From contig JAHLWS010000047.1 of assembly GCA_019057795.1 (NCBI GenBank), positions 1 through 36,825 on the forward strand: a DNA stretch of 36,825 nucleotides. Direction: 5' to 3'. A program made the position numbers and the translations under genes. This DNA is from Promethearchaeota archaeon (lineage in GTDB: Archaea > Asgardarchaeota > Lokiarchaeia > Sigyniarchaeales > SOKP01). The notes under the pieces are model-generated. The model was not told the origin of the DNA and made no database searches. It saw only the letters and a program-made list of their open reading frames with translations. Positions 19,043 to 28,087 of the stretch are shown here, piece after piece (positions within the stretch are counted from its first letter, which is position 1; each line of letters starts with the position of its first letter).

Positions 19043-19118
19043 CAATAAATTTTTAATTTCTACTAAATCTTTATTTTTTTTTCATATTTTTAAGGTTTTG
19101 TATTGCTTTATCTCAAAT

Positions 19119-20279
19119 CTATATCCTTTTCCAGTAAGAATTAATAGAAAGACTATTATCTATTTGGATTTCTATTTCAGCAGTCCATTTATAAGTTTTA
19201 AGCCACAATTTTCCTGGAAACGGTTGCCATCCTTTTATTGGTTGAATGCTAAATGAAATTATATCGCCTACACGGCTAATATAGAATTCTCCGGCAAATA
19301 TACCCTTTCTATCGCCAATACAACAAGAGAATTTACCTTTAATATTCGCATTACTTTTGAGGGTAATTAAATTAGGGATTGCGGGAGAAAATTCAAAAGA
19401 AATAATATGACCAACCTCATCTTCTCCTGAAATCATTTTTATTTCGTAATAACCACCATTGTTTAAAACTTTGTATGATAAATTCTCTTTTTTTACATCC
19501 ATATTAGCGGGATCTATTAATATTGAATTTAAACGCCCACTATAGGTATTATTCCAATTTCCAATAATCGGTTCTAAGGAGTAGTGTACTAAATAAACAT
19601 ACATACCGTTCATTCGAACTGGCATTTCAACTGGTTTCCTTAAAAATCCATGAATTTTTATAAAAATTTCCGTATCTTTTTTGAATACCATACCAAATTC
19701 GTTGAGATATACTATTGGAAAATACTGTGGCTTTTTGCTAGCGACACCGATGGGAGTTAACATCGCAGCTAATTCTCTTCCAGGCATATTTTCCTTAATT
19801 TTAAATTCGATGTCTTTTTCTAACTTGTCTTTCAAAAATAGATAAGTGTTTAAACCCATATCGTCTGTTTGAAATCTAAAATCAATTTCTTCAAGCTGAT
19901 TAAACGAAACATTAGTCGATAAATCCTCAATCAATTTCTTTCTATGTTCGATAATTGCTTCATTGGTATAATAAATGTCCATCAAGTCATCTTTTCTATA
20001 CATAATTACCATAGGCAATTTTTCACCAGCTATACGAAAAATTTGGAGTTCAATTGCGTAGTAAATAGGATCATCTTCGAAATTAATTAGCATTAAACGA
20101 TCTATATAATCAGTAGTTATGTTAAATGGTGAGAAAATCATATTTTTAGGCGAAGATTCGTAAATTTTTAACGAATTATTTCTTTTACCCAGATATTTGT
20201 GATGATCTACAACGACATCTTTTATCTTTACATTATACCGATTTAAAAACGCTGACGATAATTTCTTTATAACGCCCAT
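19119..20279 (-). CDS. Hypothetical protein, probably co-transcribed with cobO
   Basis: 386-aa ORF starting 20 nt after the cobO stop. No motif recognised. Confidence 0.8.
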   Translation of the reverse strand: MGVIKKLSSAFLNRYNVKIKDVVVDHHKYLGKRNNSLKIYESSPKNMIFSPFNITTDYIDRLMLINFEDDPIYYAIELQIFRIAGEKLPMVIMYRKDDLMDIYYTNEAIIEHRKKLIEDLSTNVSFNQLEEIDFRFQTDDMGLNTYLFLKDKLEKDIEFKIKENMPGRELAAMLTPIGVASKKPQYFPIVYLNEFGMVFKKDTEIFIKIHGFLRKPVEMPVRMNGMYVYLVHYSLEPIIGNWNNTYSGRLNSILIDPANMDVKKENLSYKVLNNGGYYEIKMISGEDEVGHIISFEFSPAIPNLITLKSNANIKGKFSCCIGDRKGIFAGEFYISRVGDIISFSIQPIKGWQPFPGKLWLKTYKWTAEIEIQIDNSLSINSYWKRI

Positions 20280-20299
20280 TATTAATTCTTCTTCTTTTC

Positions 20300-20868
20300 T
20301 TAATATTCAACGCCAAGACGAGCTTTAATCCCTTTTGAAGAATAATAATGCTTGATCATTCTCATCTCAGTGAGCAAATCTGCACGCTCTTTAATTTTAG
20401 GATGCATCTTAGGTCCACCAGTCATAATTAATTCAACTTTTTCAGGTTTATTATCAATCAATTTTAATACATCGTCAACATTTACAATTCCATATTCGAT
20501 AGCAACACCAACTTCGTCAAGAATAACGACATCGTAATCGTCGCTCATAATCACCTTCTCAGCAAACGCCATTCCTTTTTTTCCTTCTTCAAAGTCAATT
20601 TCTCCGGGAGTTGCGATTAAATCTGGCGTTCCAAACTGTTTTAATTCGAAATTTGGAATTCCTTTTACAGCCGTTACTTCCCCATATTGAGGGTATCCTT
20701 TCATAAATTGAATCATATATACTTTAAATCCATGACCTGTAGCCCGAAGGCCTTGTCCTAAAGCCGCAGTGGTCTTGCCTATAGGCATTACTATTGATTT
20801 ATAGCAATTTTACCCCGACCAAAATAAACTTGTACAAGACCAACATTTAATCTTTTTCTTTCGACCAT
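20300..20868 (-). CDS. cobO: Cob(I)alamin adenosyltransferase (CobA/CobO/BtuR), split: exon 1 20868-20810, exon 2 20780-20300 (179 aa joined)
   Basis: Exon 1 encodes MVERKRLNVGLVQVYFGRG(K). Exon 2 encodes GKTTAALG ... IQFMKG ... VILDE ... ELIMTG ... ADLLTEM ... H ... G-x-x-AR-x-GVEY. Joining them gives the family P-loop VYFGRGKGKTTAALG. Confidence 0.92.
20781..20809 (-). other. Candidate 29-nt bulge-helix-bulge (tRNA-endonuclease type) intron in the cobO mRNA
   Basis: The mRNA reads GGGU-AA^A-AUUGCUAU-AAAUCA-AUAGUAAU-GCCU-AU^A-GGC. That gives an 8-bp inner stem, a 4-bp central helix GGGU/GCCU and two 3-nt bulges. Removing the insert restores the frame, and the insert carries in-frame TAG TAA. 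Confidence 0.8.
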
Positions 20869-21012
20869 AATTATCAAGTTCCTTTAATTAATCTATAAAA
20901 ATAAACTTGCACAAATCCTTACTTTAATCTTTTTCGAATAATAAACAACCTTTTATTTTTTACATTCGGATATATTTTATATCATTAAGATAAAAATAAA
21001 AAAATTAAAGGA

Positions 21013-22143
21013 ATGATTATGAGTTTAAACAACGAAAACATAGCCCCGTATCGAAAATTACAAGAGCATCTTGATAAAATGCCATTAGGATTTCCTTCAA
21101 CAAAATCAGGGTCCGATATTAAGTTATTGAAGCGTCTATTCGCGCCCCAAGAAGCGAAAATCGCTTTGTTTTTAAAATTTGGATGGGAGAGAGACCTTGA
21201 ACCTTTGAATACCATTTACGAACGTGCGAAAGAGACTGCAATTTCAAAAGAAGAATTAGAACAAGCTTTAGATAAAATGGTTCAAAAAGGACTTCTTATG
21301 TTTAAAAGGGAGGCAGAAAAGAAATATTACGGGAATGCCTTACTCATGATTGGAATGTTTGAGTTCCAAGTTAACAAGCTCACAAAGGAATTTATAGAAG
21401 ATTTTCACGATTATTTTGGTAAAAAATGGCTTGCAGAAGCTATAAAAGTGAAGGGTGCTCAATTACGGGTAGTTCCAGTGGAGCAGAGTATAGAGTCTGG
21501 TCATGTTATTAGTAATTACGATGATATCATAAAACTCCTTGATACAACTGATGGACCATATATGGTAACTAATTGTCTTTGTAGGCAAATAAAGGACATC
21601 TTAGAACAACCATGTAAAGCGACTTCTCGGAGAGAATTATGTTTAGCTTTTGGATTTGCAGCAGAACTATATATAGAGCAAGGATGGGGCCGTTCTATAA
21701 GTAAAGAGGAAGTTCTTGAAATTCTACGGAAAAATGAGGAAGAAGGACTAGTACTTCAACCTGATAACTCACAAAATTTAACAATTATTTGTAGTTGCTG
21801 TAGTTGTTGTTGTGAAGGCTTATCAAATCTTAAATTATTCCCAAATCCAGGAGATCTCACAATAACTAATTTTTACGCTGATGTGGAATCTGATTTATGC
21901 TCAGGTTGTGGAACTTGCATTGAGATCTGCCCAATGGAGGCAATAACGCTCATTGATGATATATCCTCCATCAAACGGAAACGTTGTATAGGATGTGGAA
22001 ATTGTGTTATTAAATGTCCCTCTGAAGCAATTAAACTTTATGAAAGAGAAAGACAATTCATTCCTTATCCAACAATGGATGACCTATACGATAAAATAAT
22101 GGAAAGAAAAGTAAGACTTAAAGAAAAAGCTTTAGAAAGATAA
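21013..22143 (+). CDS. 4Fe-4S dicluster protein with an N-terminal helical/wHTH-like region and a Cys-rich middle
   Basis: CLCR ... C ... C and CSCCSCCC, plus two ferredoxin motifs, CSGCGTCIEICP and CIGCGNCVIKCP. Confidence 0.88.
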   Translation: MIMSLNNENIAPYRKLQEHLDKMPLGFPSTKSGSDIKLLKRLFAPQEAKIALFLKFGWERDLEPLNTIYERAKETAISKEELEQALDKMVQKGLLMFKREAEKKYYGNALLMIGMFEFQVNKLTKEFIEDFHDYFGKKWLAEAIKVKGAQLRVVPVEQSIESGHVISNYDDIIKLLDTTDGPYMVTNCLCRQIKDILEQPCKATSRRELCLAFGFAAELYIEQGWGRSISKEEVLEILRKNEEEGLVLQPDNSQNLTIICSCCSCCCEGLSNLKLFPNPGDLTITNFYADVESDLCSGCGTCIEICPMEAITLIDDISSIKRKRCIGCGNCVIKCPSEAIKLYERERQFIPYPTMDDLYDKIMERKVRLKEKALER

Positions 22144-22260
22144 GAAATTTTATACAAAATGAAATTTTTACTTATTCTTAAATATGAGAATAAAAGTTTT
22201 AAAACAGTCAAGTTCAATTATTGTTTGTATTTGTAATCCAAATTTTAATGTGATATTAAC

Positions 22261-23400
22261 ATGTATTCAAAACCAAAAAAAATAGGTTCAATAGAGATTA
22301 AAAATCGATTTATAAGATCGGCAACATTTGAAGGAATGGCAACTGAAGAAGGTTATGTTACTGATCAGCACGTCGAACTTTATAAAACTTTAGCTAAAGG
22401 AGGAGTAGGTTTAATAATTACGGGTTATTCTTATGTCCAAGAAAGTGGAAAGGCTTTTGACAAACAAATGGGCGTTTATAAAGATGATTACATCCCAGGA
22501 TTAAGTAGAATTGCTGAAACAGTTCATAAAAATGGAGATAATTGTAAGGTTGCTTTACAAATTGCACATTGTGGGCGTCAATCTCGTCATCTTGATAATA
22601 CAATAGCTCCTTCTGCTCTGGAGGAAAAGTTAACCAGAAAAATACCATGTGAAATGACTATAGAAGTAATACAAGATACTATTGATGCTTTCTCCCAAGC
22701 GATCAGAAGAGCAAAAGAAGCTGGTTTCGACGCTGTGCAGTTACATGGAGCTCATGGATATATCATAACTCAATTTCTTTCTCCTTCTATAAACATAAGA
22801 ACGGATGATTATGGGGGAAGCATAGAGAATAGAACTAGGTTCCTTGAAGAAATTTATAATAAAAGTGTTGAGTTGGTTGGAAAAGAATTTCCAATCTTTA
22901 TAAAAATGAATGGTGTTGATTTTATAGAGGGAGGAACTACTATAAGTGAATCTACTGAAGTTGCCAAAAGGTTAGAAAAAATAGGGTATGCCGCAATTGA
23001 AGTTAGTGGAGGAATATGGGAAGTTGCAAAATTAAAAAAGAAAGATCTTGGTTGGAAACCAACCTTTTTACCAGAAAGTCGAATCTTTATTGGAACGATG
23101 AATGAACCTGCTTATAATCTAGCTTATGCAAAAGAATTCAAAAAAGTTCTTGATATACCCGTTATTCTAATTGGAGGTATTAACTCCCTCGATCTAGTAG
23201 AACAAATATTAACTAATGAAAGTGCTGACTTCGTGTCATTTTCTAGACCCTTAATCCGAGAACCAGATCTTCCTAATAGATGGATGAGGGGTACTGGAAA
23301 CCAAAAAGTCGATTGCATATTCTGCAATGGTTGTTTAGCTACGGTAATTACTCCAGGCTTACGATGTGCTAAATTACATGAGTCTAGTGCAGGTAATTAA
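22261..23400 (+). CDS. NADH:flavin oxidoreductase (Old Yellow Enzyme family)
   Basis: Motifs KNRFIRSAT, GGVGLIITG, QIAHCGR, GFDAVQLHGAHGY, N-x-RTD-x-YGGS-x-ENR and RPLIREP, with C-terminal CIFCNGC...C. Confidence 0.92.
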   Translation: MYSKPKKIGSIEIKNRFIRSATFEGMATEEGYVTDQHVELYKTLAKGGVGLIITGYSYVQESGKAFDKQMGVYKDDYIPGLSRIAETVHKNGDNCKVALQIAHCGRQSRHLDNTIAPSALEEKLTRKIPCEMTIEVIQDTIDAFSQAIRRAKEAGFDAVQLHGAHGYIITQFLSPSINIRTDDYGGSIENRTRFLEEIYNKSVELVGKEFPIFIKMNGVDFIEGGTTISESTEVAKRLEKIGYAAIEVSGGIWEVAKLKKKDLGWKPTFLPESRIFIGTMNEPAYNLAYAKEFKKVLDIPVILIGGINSLDLVEQILTNESADFVSFSRPLIREPDLPNRWMRGTGNQKVDCIFCNGCLATVITPGLRCAKLHESSAGN

Positions 23401-23429
23401 TTAAAATTCATAAAAATGGTAAATTAAAT

Positions 23430-24197
23430 ATGGGTAAATACGAAAAAACAGATGATAAACTAAATAAATATCTTCGGTTAGCTACTTTCACCGTTGCTGT
23501 AAAACTACTTGAAAATCCTGAAGAATTAAATAATATTAAATTTTTAAAAAAAACAGAAAAATAAATAGCGCTTTGTCAAATTTTCAGCTATGCAAGGTAT
23601 TATGGATGGACTATGGGTTGCGTAAAGGAGGATAATTTATGCCCGCTAGCCGAAATAAGTCTCGGATTTGAAAAATCTCATAAACTTTTCGAAGAGGGCG
23701 CTTTTTTTGTAGGAAGATACAATGAGACAAAAGAAGCAGCAAAGAAAACCACTGCCACGATGCCTAAATTACCATTCGGACAATATTCTGCGATTGTTTC
23801 TGGCGCTTTAAGTCGGGTTGATTTTGATCCCGATTTGATTCTAATTTGGGGTAATTCTGCTCAGATTATGAGAATAATCCAGGGTTCTTTATGGAAAAAA
23901 GGAGGGAGAGTTTCAATGTCAACTTTTTGTGATGGAGTTTGTGCCGATACTATTTCAAATGCCATTCTTACGGGTGAACTACAGATTGCGTTTCCATGTC
24001 TTGGCGATCGCCGTTTTGGCATGGCAACTGATACGGATTTAATTGCCTCAATACCTATGGGAATTATTGACGAAATAATAGAAGGTATGGAAAAAACTCA
24101 CAGAGCTGGAACTAGGTACCCTATACCATATCAAATGTCGACTCCAGAATTCTTTGTAAAATTAAAGAAACAATTAGAAAAAGCAAAGAAGAACTAA
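23430..24197 (+). pseudogene. DUF169 family gene interrupted by an in-frame TAA at 23562-23564
   Basis: ATG 23430 reads MGKYEK...LRLATFTVAVKLL...KKTEK*IALCQIFSYARYYGWT and continues in the same frame into ORF 23613-24197, which has the DUF169-like CP, PDL, C-x-D and PCLGDR motifs. Confidence 0.75.
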
Positions 24198-24316
24198 TAT
24201 TTATTTCTTATATTGTTTTTAGCATTATTTCTATGTAGTTTAATTTTATCGAATTTAATCATGAATCTTATATTTCTATTAGTGAAAAAAAACAAAGTAC
24301 AAGAAAAATAAAAATG

Positions 24317-25190
24317 TTAACTAATTTCTTGAAAGGATATTGCTACTTTTTTTGTAATTCCAAATTTTTCTGCCCATTTTCTTATATACCTATTTCTGTG
24401 TTCTTTAGTGAGATCTAAAAGAATAAATGCAGGAATTGCCGAAATTGATATAAGAAACATCATTGGTAAAAATAAAATTAGATTTGGAATTAACATCGGC
24501 CCACTCATTTCATTTAGGAATTTAGTAATTAATTGGTAATATGAAAATATTACTGCTATTCCAGCATAACCCTTTCATTAGATTCATATACCATCCTCCG
24601 ACAGATCGTCCTATAATTGGTTTTTCTAATTGTTTTTTTCTAACCTTTTCTTGATTGCTATATACGATTCCAGCATCATTTAGGAACCAAACAGGTGAAA
24701 ATAATCCCATTGCTATAATTATAGTGATTGATAAAATAATTAAAAAAGCAATAATATTGACTGTACTTGGCATATTACTAATGTCACCGATATTATATAC
24801 AACCTCATCAGCTATATTATTATCTAAAGCGAACATCAGTGAAAAATTAATAGCCAATAATGCTGGAAAAATTCCCTTATACATACTTTTAAATTTCTGC
24901 GATTTTAGATTTTCTTGAATTCCATAATCCATCGTAAAACCAATTGTTTTCTTATGAATAAATAAAAACAATGGCGATAATATATATCCAAAAAGAACCC
25001 CACCAATTATAGCACCAATAGGCCAAATGAAAATAAAAAGAAGTGTGGTTTCTATGAATCCTTTACCAGGAATTAATTGTGAAAAATCTTGATCTCCTCG
25101 AATAGGTTCTAAAAATAGAAATATTACGATAATAAGTGCGATTAATACTCCATCAAGAAACAGAGATTTTTTATATTTTGAGATTCCCAT
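24317..25190 (-). pseudogene. Multi-TM membrane protein gene with a 1-nt frameshift near 24570-24572
   Basis: Removing one G from AAA GGG TTA TGC gives KGYAGIAVIFSYYQLITKFLNE. This runs in frame into ORF 24317-24508 (MSGPML...) and joins the two ORFs. Confidence 0.72.
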
Positions 25191-25445
25191 AATATTATAT
25201 CTTATAAGTTAAATTCAAATTGATTTATAATACGTATATAATGAATAATAATTATTAATATCTTTAAAATTATATCAAAAATCCATAAGACAGGTATGAG
25301 AAATCCCGTTCTTTTTCAATTATTTACTCAGAATTTTTCCTTAAATTGAAAATGCAATAAAAAAGAATAAATAAATAAGTTTTTAAATAAAACAAAAATT
25401 GTTTCTAAATATTGTTTTAATATCGAAAAGTCAATATTCTATGAA

Positions 25446-26321
25446 GTGAGGAGATCAAAAATTCGAAAAAGTAAATTAATGACATTAGACGATGCAATTT
25501 CTACTTATGTTCAAAATGGTGATCTAGTTGGTTTTGGGGGACTTTCGTTTTGGAGAAAACCGATAGAAGCATGTAGAGAGATAATTAGACAAGAGAAAAA
25601 GGACTTATCTCTTTGCACTTTTGTTGGAGGGATTGAAATTGATATGCTTGTAGCTGCAGGTTGTGCGTCTCAAGTGAGAGCCAGTTTCGTAGGAATGGAA
25701 ATTTTTGGTATGGCTCCAAATTATAGGAAAGCTGTTGAGTCCAGAGCGATAAAAATTTCTGAAGAAAGTGAAGCTTCTATCGCTTTAGGATTAAGAGCAT
25801 CCTATTTGAAAGTGCCTTTCATGCCTTTAAAAGGTATTATAGGAACTGATATGCCAAAAGTAAGAAATGATATTAAACAATTTAAAGATCCCTTGGGCTC
25901 AGATACTGAGCTAATGGCATTGCCTAAAATAGATTTGGATGTGGCTATCTTACATGTTCCTTATGCAGATGAATATGGAAATGGAAATATTGCTGGAGCT
26001 GTTTGGATGGATGACGATATGGCAAAAACCGCTAAAAAAACGATTATAATAACGGAAAAATTAGTCGAAACAGAGGATATTAGGTATTTACCAGGGAAAG
26101 CGCAATTACCAATGCAAACAACAACCGCGGTAGTTAAGATCCCTTTCGGAGCACACCCTACAAGTTGTTACCCCTTCTATACATTCGATCCCCTTCATAT
26201 TCAAGCATATATAAAAACAGATTTTAAAAATTATAAAGAGAAATATATTACTGGAAAAAATTCAGCTCAATATTTAGAGGAAGCTGGAGGAGTTCAAACT
26301 ATTTTAAATATAATATTATAG
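25446..26321 (+). CDS. CoA-transferase-fold alpha subunit (GctA/AibA/IpdA-like)
   Basis: Motifs SKLMTLDDAI, GD-x-V-x-FGG, IDMLVAAG, VPFMP-x-x-G-x-x-GTD, DVAILH-x-x-x-AD-x-x-GN and PFGAHPTSC. The start is uncertain (GTG 25446, ATT 25461 or ATG 25479). Confidence 0.88.
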   Translation: MRRSKIRKSKLMTLDDAISTYVQNGDLVGFGGLSFWRKPIEACREIIRQEKKDLSLCTFVGGIEIDMLVAAGCASQVRASFVGMEIFGMAPNYRKAVESRAIKISEESEASIALGLRASYLKVPFMPLKGIIGTDMPKVRNDIKQFKDPLGSDTELMALPKIDLDVAILHVPYADEYGNGNIAGAVWMDDDMAKTAKKTIIITEKLVETEDIRYLPGKAQLPMQTTTAVVKIPFGAHPTSCYPFYTFDPLHIQAYIKTDFKNYKEKYITGKNSAQYLEEAGGVQTILNIIL

Positions 26322-26332
26322 GAGGTAAAAGT

Positions 26333-27214
26333 ATGACTGAGTTTTCAAAAGATTACACAATTGATGAAATGATGACCGTTCTAATGGCAAGGGAAGTTCA
26401 AAATGATGATGTTATGATCGTAGGGGTGGCAACACCAATGGTCTGGGCAGCTTTTACTCTAGCTAAATTAACACATGCCCCTGATGCAATTTATCATTAC
26501 ATTATGGGAAATACTTTTGTTATTGAACCACGACAGGTTTCTCTTCTTTATTTAGAAATGAATACAGCACGAGCGTATAGATTCCAAAATTCTGTTGAAT
26601 GTACCTTGGAGTCGCTTCCTTCCGAAAAATTGACAACCATAGAATTTTTTCGACCCGCTCAAATAGATCAATTTGGAAATACTAATAACGTGTGTATAGG
26701 AGATTGGAAAAGTCCAAAAATAAGGCTACCTGGAGCCGCAGGAATTTTAGATTTTAGTATGTTCTATAAAAGAGGATCCTTTTTATATACCCCCCGACAT
26801 GATTCAAGAACTTTTGTATCAACAGAAAAACTCTTCTTCATCTCCGGAGCAGGATTCCCTGAAGGAAAACCATCAATATGTGGAGGGTCTGGTCCTCAAT
26901 GTGTCATAACTAATCTAGCACATTTAGATTTTGATGGAAAAAGCAAAAGAATGAGGTTGGCATCAATTCATCCAGGTGTCGATATAGATACCATTAAAGA
27001 ATCAACAGGATTTGATTTGATTATTCCGAACGATTTAAAAGAAACTAAACCACCTACCGTTAAAGAAATAGACCTATTAAGAGAGAAGGTTGATCCTTTA
27101 AAGATAAGAAAATTAGAAGTTCTTTCAGGTAATGAACGAGAAGAGCTATTAGATGATATAATTCAAAAAGAATTAGCAAAGCAAAATAAATTTCCAAAAT
27201 TACTTATTAGTTAA
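26333..27214 (+). CDS. CoA-transferase-fold beta subunit (GctB/AibB-like) lacking the canonical catalytic Glu
   Basis: Motifs THAPD, AQIDQFGNTN, RLPGAAG, VITNL, L-x-SIHPGV, TGF-x-L, PPT and VDP. SD GGAGGT upstream. Confidence 0.88.
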   Translation: MTEFSKDYTIDEMMTVLMAREVQNDDVMIVGVATPMVWAAFTLAKLTHAPDAIYHYIMGNTFVIEPRQVSLLYLEMNTARAYRFQNSVECTLESLPSEKLTTIEFFRPAQIDQFGNTNNVCIGDWKSPKIRLPGAAGILDFSMFYKRGSFLYTPRHDSRTFVSTEKLFFISGAGFPEGKPSICGGSGPQCVITNLAHLDFDGKSKRMRLASIHPGVDIDTIKESTGFDLIIPNDLKETKPPTVKEIDLLREKVDPLKIRKLEVLSGNEREELLDDIIQKELAKQNKFPKLLIS

Positions 27215-27255
27215 TTATAATATCTCCACTATTTATGTATTAATGTGAATTTCTT

Positions 27256-28044
27256 ATGGATGAAAAAAATCAAAATAATCAAACTATAGAGTTAATTAAG
27301 AATAGGAGAACAATTCGTACATATGATCCAAAAGCATTAACTCAAGACGAGATTGATGCAATCGTTCAAGGCGCAATGAGGGCACCTACGGCAGGAAACA
27401 TGATGTTTTATTCCATCATACAAGTAACCGACCAAAAATTAAAGGATAGATTAGTAGTAACCTGTGATAACCAACCGCATATTGCGAAAGCGCCGCTAGT
27501 TCTATTGTTTTTAGCAGATATGCAACGCTGGTGGGATTATTTTAAGGTTTGCAAAGTAGAAGAAATGTGCCAAGAAAGGAGTAAAGATTTTCAAACACCA
27601 CAAGAATCTGACTTGCTTCTTGCTAGTTGCGACGCATTGATCGCGGCCCAAAACGCAGTTATTGCTGCTGAGGCTTTAGGTATTGGTTCGTGTTATATCG
27701 GAGATATTATGGAAAACTATGAAATTCATAGAGAGATGTTCGATCTTCCCAGATGGGCATTTCCCATAACATTATTGTGTTTTGGTCATCCAAAAGGAGA
27801 TAAAAATAAAATACCGCTTACATCACGCTTTCCTCAAAAATTTATCCATTTTACCAACAAGTATACAAGGCTAAGCGAACAGAATTTTACTGAAATGCTT
27901 AAAAATGATAGAAGAGGGATGCGTATAAAAGATGCGCAAAATATAGGGCAAAATCTTTATCTATCTAAGCTAGGAGCAGACTATTCATTAGAAATGCGTC
28001 GTTCTGTCAAGGTTGCGATTAAAGAATGGATTAAAAAAGAATAA
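27256..28044 (+). CDS. Nitroreductase family flavoprotein (NfsA/Frp-like)
   Basis: Motifs RRTIR-x-Y, APTAGN, NQ-x-x-I-x-x-AP, DALIAAQN and AAEALGIGSCYIG. Confidence 0.9.
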   Translation: MDEKNQNNQTIELIKNRRTIRTYDPKALTQDEIDAIVQGAMRAPTAGNMMFYSIIQVTDQKLKDRLVVTCDNQPHIAKAPLVLLFLADMQRWWDYFKVCKVEEMCQERSKDFQTPQESDLLLASCDALIAAQNAVIAAEALGIGSCYIGDIMENYEIHREMFDLPRWAFPITLLCFGHPKGDKNKIPLTSRFPQKFIHFTNKYTRLSEQNFTEMLKNDRRGMRIKDAQNIGQNLYLSKLGADYSLEMRRSVKVAIKEWIKKE

Positions 28045-28087
28045 AATTATATAAATTCTTAAAAAAAAAGTTAGATATCTAAATTCA

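Noticed and set aside
20300-20788. ORF-track call of cobO starting MPIGKTT
   Set aside because: Its ATG lies inside the 29-nt insert. The conserved N-terminus (GLVQVYFGRGK) is encoded upstream in another frame.
20869-21012. Cobalamin riboswitch upstream of cobO (also sought upstream of the mutase)
   Set aside because: The regions are short and very AT-rich, with no B12-box-like sequence.
23562-23564. Selenocysteine or pyrrolysine recoding of the DUF169 stop
   Set aside because: The codon is TAA, and the position is not a conserved Cys.
24555-24600. A second intron explaining the membrane-protein frameshift
   Set aside because: A one-base deletion restores a plausible sequence, and I found no BHB geometry.
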